IMG/VR virus record: IMGVR_UViG_3300042256_000013
Location: 192,001 to 256,000 of that record
DNA length: 64,000 nt
Strand: one strand, 5' to 3'
DNA from: a virus
Taxonomy: Duplodnaviria; Heunggongvirae; Uroviricota; Caudoviricetes
How positions within the stretch are numbered: the first letter of the stretch is position 1; each line of letters begins with the position of its first letter. The notes below the pieces were generated by a model. The model worked only from the letters and a program-made list of their open reading frames with translations, was not told where the DNA came from and did no database searches. Both the position numbers and the translations under genes were made by a program. Below are positions 20,175 to 27,763 of the stretch, one piece after another.

Positions 20175-20237
20175 GTGATTTTCCTTATAAATATTGTATA
20201 CAAATTCATGTATAGTCGTATTTATTATGGAGTCAAT

Positions 20238-21092
20238 ATGAATAAGATGAACCCTTTATCCAAGTATACTAAAGTAGAAGTACTTTACACTAAGCTTGTG
20301 AGTAATAATGTAATTCCTTACCCATCTGGAGTATTGAATAATGAAACAGTTGAATGTGGTATTTGTGCTCGTTCAGCACGTGATGAACTTATGTTTAACA
20401 ATCCAGATGCATTGATTAATGGTGAAGCAGTATCCAGCGTTATTGAAAATTGTGTTCCAAATATTGCTGATGCCCGGAAACTTTATGTACCAGATGTAGA
20501 ATTACTATTGATTGGTATTAAAATTGCAACAAAAGAAACTTCATACAATATTGAAGTTGAATGCCCTAATTGTGGTTATCATGGTGCATTTGAACGTAAT
20601 CTTGAAGCACTACTTGCAAGTGCTGAATTACTGGAAGAACAACCAGAATTGCTTCTTGAAGAAGTTGGTGGTTTACTATTGAAATTTAAACCGCATACAT
20701 GGGAAGAACATTCTGCATTTAGTCAGAAAATGTTTATTGAACAAAAGAAAGCTCGTGGTCTTGAGCAAGCAGAATTATCTGATGAAGAAAAAATGAAGCA
20801 CTTCAGTGCTATTTTCGAAATTATGACTCAATTGAGTTTTGATATGACAGTCGCTAATATCGACTATATTGAAACTGCTGATGGGATTAAAGTATCTGAC
20901 CGTTCATTTATTGCAGAATGGCTTGGACAACAACCAGCATTTGTACTTCGTCAAATTCGTGACAAAGCTGACTTTATTAACAATACTGGTATTAGTCATG
21001 AAATGGATGTTGGATGTTCTGAATGTGGTCATGAATGGACACTGGAGAATCTTCAATTCGATCCTAGCAGTTTTTTCGTACAAGGCTTCTAA
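20238..21092 (+). CDS. baseplate hub assembly / tail chaperone (gp26-like)
   Basis: ARDEL.F.NPDAL..G...VIENCVP, D...LLIGIKIAT, two CxxC motifs and a C-terminal SFF. GGAG RBS before 20238. Confidence 0.75.
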   Translation: MNKMNPLSKYTKVEVLYTKLVSNNVIPYPSGVLNNETVECGICARSARDELMFNNPDALINGEAVSSVIENCVPNIADARKLYVPDVELLLIGIKIATKETSYNIEVECPNCGYHGAFERNLEALLASAELLEEQPELLLEEVGGLLLKFKPHTWEEHSAFSQKMFIEQKKARGLEQAELSDEEKMKHFSAIFEIMTQLSFDMTVANIDYIETADGIKVSDRSFIAEWLGQQPAFVLRQIRDKADFINNTGISHEMDVGCSECGHEWTLENLQFDPSSFFVQGF

Positions 21093-21289
21093 TGGCTGAT
21101 GCTCAAGAAACTAAGCAAGAAATAGCAGACCTACACTTTAATTGTGAAGAGATAAAGAATGGATTATTGGAGGTTTCTGTATATATCTCCAATACGAGCT
21201 ATGAAATGCTCTTGAATATGCCTGTAACAGATCGTGATCTGCTGGTGAAGCAATACAATAAAAAGGTCAAAAAAGAAAACAAGCAATAA
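21092..21289 (+). CDS. gp51-like small baseplate assembly protein (possible frameshift extension)
   Basis: SYEMLLNMPVTDR.LL pattern. TAATG overlap with the upstream stop. Confidence 0.6.
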   Translation: MADAQETKQEIADLHFNCEEIKNGLLEVSVYISNTSYEMLLNMPVTDRDLLVKQYNKKVKKENKQ

Positions 21290-21294
21290 AAATT

Positions 21295-21318
21295 AACCAG
21301 CCTTTGTGCTGGTTTTTT
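21295..21318. terminator. intrinsic terminator, probably bidirectional
   Basis: aaccagc-ctttgt-gctggtt with a T-tract on + and aattttt on -. Confidence 0.75.
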
Positions 21319-21977
21319 GTGTTCTAATTTTCTGTACTGTTTGAGATTTGCCATACTTCGTATGTCAAAGAATTTTCGTTGTTCTGTACTTGCTTTGCTG
21401 CGTACTGATCAACTCAATTCACTAATCTATCTGTACGTTTAACACGATTTATACTGACGAGATTTGGGGAGTTTATCATCCCCCGCTGGGGGAAGGATAT
21501 AAAAAAGTACTAATTAAAGTACTCAATTCTGACGATGATAGTCGTCGTTTATTCGCATCGTAAATTTCTATTTTTCAATAGAACGCAAGCGGGTTGCTCT
21601 GTTTCTCACTATTACGGTCTTATGCAACGGTCATGGGCTTACCATACTCAGTACTAAGTCTATGCGAACAAACTCAGTACCTATTCTTCTGGAATTTTGG
21701 ACGGATCAATATTGTATAAAATATGACCGCAAAATTCTTCTTCAGAAAAATTCCCTTAGCTATTTGGTAGGGGGCGATTCCTATATATCTATCGAGGAAG
21801 TTCTATCAGCTTAGTGAACTTCTTTATAGTGCCGTATTGCCGTGGGTGGTACAAACTATGCCATCTCCTAACGGGTGTCTTCTGCACTTCGAACTGCTTG
21901 AACTTCTCATTGTGCCAATTACATTTTCATCGGCGACTGTTTTTTGTCTACGTGTTCACGCAGCCAAGCAGGGTTGT
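21295..21977 (-). ncRNA. candidate large structured non-coding RNA (~680 nt), family unknown
   Basis: No credible ORF. Own promoter at 21984-22012, a terminator at the far end, and at least 8 hairpins. Confidence 0.6.
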
Positions 21978-21983
21978 CCTATC

Positions 21984-22012
21984 ATTATACCAGATTTTTT
22001 AGAATCGTTCCA
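21984..22012 (-). promoter_or_regulatory. TGGAAC-N17-TATAAT promoter driving the non-coding region
   Basis: gttcca 22007-22012, attata 21984-21989. Confidence 0.75.
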
Positions 22013-22055
22013 CGATAATTGTAAATACTATAGAAGAACTTTTTGAGGAACTATA

Positions 22056-22538
22056 ATGAAAAGGGAAAGGTTAAAAAATTCGGTTGAGGCTGCCAAATAT
22101 AGGCAGGAATTACTTAAAAAACAAAAAGGATTAGATCCAATCACTAAAGAGAAAGTAACTGATCCAGTACTTGATCATAATCACAAAGGTGAACAAGAGT
22201 GTCGTGCAGTTCTTGATAGAACAGTTAACTCATTTGAAGGTAAAGTACAAAATGCGTTCGATAGATACATTAAGCATTTAACAACTAAAGATTTACCTAC
22301 TGTTTTACGAAATTTAGCAGATTATTATGAACAAGATTATTCTGAGACTAAAATTCATCATACAGCATTAACAATTGATGTTAAAAAGTTCAAAGCATTA
22401 CCGGCTGCACAACAAACTTCAATTCTTGAATCATTTAATGTTGTACCTGAGTCAAATAGTGCTAAACGAGCTAATCAAGCACGTAAATTAATTAAAAGTG
22501 GTCAATTAGATATGACACAAATAAAAAAAGGAGCCTAA
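22056..22538 (+). CDS. recombination endonuclease VII-like (His-Me finger) nuclease
   Basis: Q.G.DPIT...VLDHNH...RAVL...NSFEGKV aligns by eye with T4 gp49 LDHDH...RGLLC..CN..EG. Confidence 0.8.
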   Translation: MKRERLKNSVEAAKYRQELLKKQKGLDPITKEKVTDPVLDHNHKGEQECRAVLDRTVNSFEGKVQNAFDRYIKHLTTKDLPTVLRNLADYYEQDYSETKIHHTALTIDVKKFKALPAAQQTSILESFNVVPESNSAKRANQARKLIKSGQLDMTQIKKGA

Positions 22539-22550
22539 TGGCTCCTTTTT
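22523..22550. terminator. bidirectional intrinsic terminator
   Basis: A7-ggagcc-taat-ggctcc-T5. Confidence 0.85.
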
Positions 22551-22552
22551 GT

Positions 22553-24694
22553 TTATAGGTCTAATACATCACAAAATTCTATAGTACTGAAACTATCTTC
22601 TTTAACTACACGCAATATTGAGTTAGCACGTCCAATCAATTCTTCACGGTGCGATACCACAAAGATGTTCTTGCCACGTATTGCACTCAAATCTTGAAGC
22701 ATATGCCATGAACTTTCAATACCTCCAGTGTCTAAACCGTTATCCAGTAGTTCATCTACCAATAATAAGTTAATACCTTGGAATAATGACTCGTATGTAT
22801 CACGGAATGCAAGGTTCAACGCAATAATAACGCGAGTACGTTCACCACGAGATAACTGTTTGAAGTCATATGACTGACCATTCAAATCAATATCAACACT
22901 TAAGTCATTTAGGAACTCTACTGTATGTAATGAACCTGATTTTTCAATCCAGTACTGAAGTCTATTGTTCAAGAATGAAATATTCTGATCAATAATACGA
23001 CGACGAACGAATGAATCCTTGTTCATTAGAAGTTTTGCCAAATAATCTTGGTGATCAGCGAGCTTAACTAATTTATTGTATTCATCATAGTCCACATGTT
23101 GGAGTGAGTTCGTTTGTAACGTCTCAATCTGTTCAAAGAAAGGATTTTGAGAGGATTTTTCACGTTCTAATGAAGAAACTAACGTATCGAATGATCGTTG
23201 AAGGTCTTTCACTTCATTAGTACTGAATGTTTCAGTATATTCTTTGATTTCAGTACTTTCTAACTCTCCAAAGAGTGTCATTAGTTCTTCATCATAGATA
23301 TTAACATCTTCTTCAGTACTTTTCTTCTTCAATTCTTCCAATTTATGCTCATGTAGCTTAGCTTCTGATAATGAAGAATAATATGTTACTGGTTTAGCAG
23401 GCATATCAAATATTTCAATATCATTTAACTCAGTTTGAAGTGTATCAAGTTCTACATTCATATTATCTACGATAATTTGAATTTTTGCAATGGTTTCTTC
23501 TGATGTTTGTTTCATATCAGTGTGAGAATCATCATGTGCCAATGAATTCTTACACAACGGGCAGGTACTGTTCAGAATATCAGCTAACTTTAGCTTTTCA
23601 TCTGATAATGTACGTGTCTGTAGAGTTAACTTCTCTTTTGTTGATTTAACTTGCTGCTCTTTAAATCGTTTTGTGCTTTGAATCTCTTTCAACATCTGAT
23701 CAAGTGTATTCCAAGTATTCAATTCTTCATGTAATTCAAGTTCAGCAGCAATATCAAACTTAGATAGGTCATCAATGCTCTTTAGTACTGAAGCTTTCTT
23801 CTGGATTAGTGATTCTGAGTATTCTTCATGTTTCACTGCTATCTGAGCTAAGCGATTTTCCAGTACAGTACGAGCATTGTTGTGTTTGATTGCTTCTTCC
23901 ATCTTTGATGCTAGATCAAATAGAGATGTAAAGTCAATGTCTTCATAATCTGATAGTTGTTGAACCAGAGATTCGATAGTACTTGTCTTCTTTTGTTCAA
24001 ATTCGTTTGCACGAAGTTGTAAAGATTCTATACTTTGAAGAATACGCTTGTTTGAAGCAGTAACAGTCTCTATTTTGAACTTCTCTTGATCTGCTTGGTT
24101 CTTCGTTTCTCTATACATGTCTTTTAGAAGGTTAGCTTTCTCTGTAAGTTGAGTAATACAAAGGAGTTCTTCAATCATTTCACGTTGTTTTTGCTGCGAT
24201 AGAGATAGAAATGGTTCTACGTTAGCATTCATTACAACAATATGTTCAAATAGAAGTTGTGAAATACCAAGAATCTCATTCAAGTCTTCTTGAGTATCTT
24301 TTTTCTCACCTCTGGATTCATCAATTACTTCGTTATCCTCACTTAGAGTAAGAAAAGTAAAATACGTGGGGCTACGCCCACGCTCAACACGATATTCAAC
24401 ACCATTTTTTTCAAAATCAATAACAACTTCGCAGTTTTTAGAATTAATCTTGTTTACCAAGTTCGGAATCTTAATATCGTTACCGATACTCTTACCGTAT
24501 AAGCCAAAAACAATCCCCTGAATGATTGCAGACTTACCTACACCATTTCTACGACCAGCATTGTCGTCTCCAACAGATGCATCGTTGTTTTGACCAAGTA
24601 CTAACGCAAGGTCAGTACTGTCAAGCTCCAGAACTTGTGGTGCATTACCAAAAGAAAAGAAGTTACGCATTGTAATGCGTTTAATATTAAGCAT
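22553..24694 (-). CDS. gp46: recombination ATPase gp46 (Rad50/SbcC-like)
   Basis: Walker A NGVGKS, CPLC zinc hook, LSRGE signature, LLVDE Walker B and SH motif. Confidence 0.93.
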   Translation of the reverse strand: MLNIKRITMRNFFSFGNAPQVLELDSTDLALVLGQNNDASVGDDNAGRRNGVGKSAIIQGIVFGLYGKSIGNDIKIPNLVNKINSKNCEVVIDFEKNGVEYRVERGRSPTYFTFLTLSEDNEVIDESRGEKKDTQEDLNEILGISQLLFEHIVVMNANVEPFLSLSQQKQREMIEELLCITQLTEKANLLKDMYRETKNQADQEKFKIETVTASNKRILQSIESLQLRANEFEQKKTSTIESLVQQLSDYEDIDFTSLFDLASKMEEAIKHNNARTVLENRLAQIAVKHEEYSESLIQKKASVLKSIDDLSKFDIAAELELHEELNTWNTLDQMLKEIQSTKRFKEQQVKSTKEKLTLQTRTLSDEKLKLADILNSTCPLCKNSLAHDDSHTDMKQTSEETIAKIQIIVDNMNVELDTLQTELNDIEIFDMPAKPVTYYSSLSEAKLHEHKLEELKKKSTEEDVNIYDEELMTLFGELESTEIKEYTETFSTNEVKDLQRSFDTLVSSLEREKSSQNPFFEQIETLQTNSLQHVDYDEYNKLVKLADHQDYLAKLLMNKDSFVRRRIIDQNISFLNNRLQYWIEKSGSLHTVEFLNDLSVDIDLNGQSYDFKQLSRGERTRVIIALNLAFRDTYESLFQGINLLLVDELLDNGLDTGGIESSWHMLQDLSAIRGKNIFVVSHREELIGRANSILRVVKEDSFSTIEFCDVLDL

Positions 24695-24706
24695 CCTTGC
24701 CCCCAA

Positions 24707-25738
24707 TTATAGTGAAAGATAAAGTTGAATCAATAATTCATTGTCAATTACGTTGGATTTGTTTTCTTTTATCTGAGCTATTACAATTTCATCAACAGAT
24801 TCAGTGTTTCCAGCGAAATCATCTGAACCGAAGTTGCTTTCAACTGTTTTCTTCCCAGGTATGATGTTAAATTCACGAATTTTATACATCTTACAAAATG
24901 TTTCGCGAATAAACCCTATTTCATCCATAGTAACTGGAATATCTACTTGAACTTTAGCTATTACGTTATCTTCAAGGTAATAAGTTGGTTCAGATAGAAG
25001 TTCTGATAATGTAAAGGTTCTGTATCGTGGTGCACCAGGCCACATTTTGAATTCTGGTTCACCACCATGATCTAGAAACATGATTCCTCTTGCATCATCC
25101 CATGTATCTGAGAAGTTATGCGGGAAACAGTTACCAGTGTACAGGATTTTAGTACCTTTTGATGTAACTTTAGCTTGTCTTTTGTGGAAATGTCCACTAA
25201 AGACATATTCACATCCACTAAACGAATCTTCAGTCTCTTTTCCATGATCTGGCATCTCAACCATCTTATTAAGAAGGTATCCTGGCAGTTCTAAGTGACC
25301 AAAAACATACTTACTACGCAATGAAGGTAGTTGTTTGTATTCATCGTCAATCATAAACGGAATAAATGAACAGTCATCAATTGATTCGATCTGATTAATG
25401 AAGTGTATATGTTCAAAAGCAGATGCCATATTGATGCTGGTCACATCACGTTTATTTTTATGATACATATCATGATTACCAACAAGAAAATACGTAATAT
25501 CGAAGTTCTCATTAAGTAGATTCATGATTTGAAGACCATAATCAAGTGTATTGATGTTAATATTACTACGATTGTGGAAGAAGTCTCCCATAAAGATACA
25601 AGTTCTAATATCTCTTTCTTTTGCTTCGTCGATCATGAACTTTACAAAGTTCACACAATCAACATTATGTTCTTTACTGTTATTCTTTAGACCCAAATGA
25701 ATATCAGTAAACACAATAGACTTATCAAATAGTGCCAT
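24707..25738 (-). CDS. gp47: recombination nuclease gp47 (Mre11/SbcD-like)
   Basis: DIHLG, GDFFH, GNHD, GHLE and SGHFH motifs. Confidence 0.93.
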   Translation of the reverse strand: MALFDKSIVFTDIHLGLKNNSKEHNVDCVNFVKFMIDEAKERDIRTCIFMGDFFHNRSNININTLDYGLQIMNLLNENFDITYFLVGNHDMYHKNKRDVTSINMASAFEHIHFINQIESIDDCSFIPFMIDDEYKQLPSLRSKYVFGHLELPGYLLNKMVEMPDHGKETEDSFSGCEYVFSGHFHKRQAKVTSKGTKILYTGNCFPHNFSDTWDDARGIMFLDHGGEPEFKMWPGAPRYRTFTLSELLSEPTYYLEDNVIAKVQVDIPVTMDEIGFIRETFCKMYKIREFNIIPGKKTVESNFGSDDFAGNTESVDEIVIAQIKENKSNVIDNELLIQLYLSL

Positions 25739-26585
25739 TTTGCTTCCTTTCTAGCATTTTCATCTCAATTTCAATTTGTCGTGTATGACTAGGGTTAAAC
25801 CCTTGAAGTTCTAAGAGATCATCACGAATGTTACGTACATTCTTTTCTGAATTAAGTACAGAACGGAATGCGTTGTTAACAAATGAGGTGTAATATGCGA
25901 AAGGATTAAGTTGTACGGCTGGTTTTACCTTCTTGTACAGAATACTTTCATTGAATAATAGTGCATTCTTAACTAATTGAATGCGAGCATCACCCATCAT
26001 CTCATCTAAGTACGTATAATTACGATAGTTAGGTTTATGAGATATTTCTTCTGCCAATTTAATGAACATTTTTCCAAGTTCATTAGTTTGACGACCATGA
26101 GTTAGGCTGAAACTGCCATCTTCAAGATCGCCTTTCCAATGCGAACGAGCAACTTCATACAATTCACCAGTATTATCAGCGATGTAATGTTTAAAGGGTT
26201 CAAAATTGGTACGAACTTTCTTTTCATTTTCAGTATTTTCAATGAATGGTATATGTTCATTCGTGATTACACGAATAACAACTTCATCAATCTGAATATC
26301 ATGAAGGAGTAAGTTCTTTTCGTCAGCGTACTCTTTTGCTTTCTTGGCAGTGAAAGCATGTTCAGCACGTATTTTGTCTATCGTACTCGAATTTATACGT
26401 TTAATTCGCTCAGCCGTAGCCAGTTCAAGTAATTCTTCAGTAATTTCGGACTCGTCGAAGACGATATAATCGTACATATTGTAAGCATCGTCTAGCACCC
26501 AACAATATGACATTTTACTGATATGAATTTCTCTTAGCAAATCCGCATTATTCAAGTACTTCTTGCGTTTTGGTTTAATTGCCAT
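25725..26585 (-). CDS. gp55: late sigma factor (gp55-like)
   Basis: YLNNADLL, NYRNYTYLDEM and NPFAYYT motifs, adjacent to gp47 as in T4. Confidence 0.85.
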   Translation of the reverse strand: MAIKPKRKKYLNNADLLREIHISKMSYCWVLDDAYNMYDYIVFDESEITEELLELATAERIKRINSSTIDKIRAEHAFTAKKAKEYADEKNLLLHDIQIDEVVIRVITNEHIPFIENTENEKKVRTNFEPFKHYIADNTGELYEVARSHWKGDLEDGSFSLTHGRQTNELGKMFIKLAEEISHKPNYRNYTYLDEMMGDARIQLVKNALLFNESILYKKVKPAVQLNPFAYYTSFVNNAFRSVLNSEKNVRNIRDDLLELQGFNPSHTRQIEIEMKMLERKQNGTI

Positions 26586-26632
26586 AAAAATCTCCATGTT
26601 TTTATATAAAACGATCCTTGTTTTACAGATAC

Positions 26633-26661
26633 ATTATACCACATTTTTATTTTTCGTTCCA
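26633..26661 (-). promoter_or_regulatory. TGGAAC-N17-TATAAT promoter
   Basis: gttcca 26656-26661, attata 26633-26638, upstream of the gp55-gp47-gp46 operon. Confidence 0.75.
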
Positions 26662-26700
26662 CCTAATAAATACAGGATAGTAATTTCCCGGAGAACATTT

Positions 26701-27438
26701 ATGATAGATCGCAGAATCAGACTAAGACCAAAAGATGCCGCAGCAAACTATGTTTATGGTGATAGAAGCCAAACTGGTAGCACACAATCATCCATATTGT
26801 CTTTTTTACGTGTCACTAACGGTATGGTATGGAACTATACACCTATCATATCTGAACAACGTACAGTCAACTATGAATCAGAACAACCTATTCATACGAA
26901 TAGTGGTTATAACAACTACAAAAACACATCAAACACAACAATAACCATACAAGGTTCATTTTATGCAAGTACTGGCATGGAAGCTATGTATACATTAGCA
27001 TGTATGCATTTTCTTCGTTCAGTAACTCAAATGGATTTTGGTAGACAAGCAGCATTATCAAGTAATCCAGATTTTGCAGTTGTTGGTGCTCCACCACCAA
27101 TTTTATTGTTAAGTGGATATGGACGATACATTTATAATGACATACCAGTTATTATCAAATCATATCAGTTCAGTTATGCTGATGATGTTCCTTATATTCA
27201 AGTTCCAGTAAATTCATCAGTTGATGGGTATGACTATTCAGACTCAGCAACTCGTGCTTATTTTGAAAACTTACGTAACACTGGAACAACAAATCCAGAA
27301 AATGAAGTTTGGGTTCCTCAAAAAATGAATATCACTATTCAATTAGAAGAACAACCAACACCTAATTTTATGACTACTAAATTTAATTTAAATTCATTTA
27401 AACGTGGTGAAATGCTTCGTAAAGGAGGATACATTTAA
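26701..27438 (+). CDS. baseplate/tail-tube initiator-like protein
   Basis: YTP.I, HFLRSVT, GAPPP...L.GYG...N.IPVII motifs. GGAG RBS before 26701. Confidence 0.55.
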   Translation: MIDRRIRLRPKDAAANYVYGDRSQTGSTQSSILSFLRVTNGMVWNYTPIISEQRTVNYESEQPIHTNSGYNNYKNTSNTTITIQGSFYASTGMEAMYTLACMHFLRSVTQMDFGRQAALSSNPDFAVVGAPPPILLLSGYGRYIYNDIPVIIKSYQFSYADDVPYIQVPVNSSVDGYDYSDSATRAYFENLRNTGTTNPENEVWVPQKMNITIQLEEQPTPNFMTTKFNLNSFKRGEMLRKGGYI

Positions 27439-27752
27439 TGGCATCACAATACAGTACTTACTCACCTTATGCAAAGGTTAAACAAACTTGGTATCTTGAA
27501 TACAATTTACCACAAACTTTAGTACGAGCAGATAGTGATATTGAATATGAAATTCCACCTCAATACAATGAACAACCTTGGCGTTTAGCTAAGGACTTGT
27601 ACGGAAATGAACGTTTATATTACATTTTCTCTTTACTTAATCCAGATATTCTCGTAGATCCAATTTATGATTTTGCGGCTGGAAAAACTATTTTTATTCC
27701 ATCATTACAACGTGTACAAGTTTGGTTAAACGGTTCACGTAACGTTAAGTAA
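27438..27752 (+). CDS. baseplate wedge protein (gp53/LysM-like)
   Basis: P..LAKDLYG...LYYIF...NPD...DP..DF..G..I.IP pattern. Confidence 0.7.
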   Translation: MASQYSTYSPYAKVKQTWYLEYNLPQTLVRADSDIEYEIPPQYNEQPWRLAKDLYGNERLYYIFSLLNPDILVDPIYDFAAGKTIFIPSLQRVQVWLNGSRNVK

Positions 27753-27763
27753 GGATTTTCAAC

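Noticed and set aside
21295-21977. tmRNA, RNase P RNA, group I/II intron or CRISPR array as identity of the gap
   Set aside because: No tRNA-like ends, no GAGGAAAGUCC core, no convincing intron core or domain V, no interrupted host gene, and no regularly spaced repeats.
21814-22046. Two short plus-strand ORFs (62 and 69 aa) in the non-coding gap
   Set aside because: GTG starts without RBS, atypical Cys/Leu-rich composition, and they run across the minus-strand promoter.
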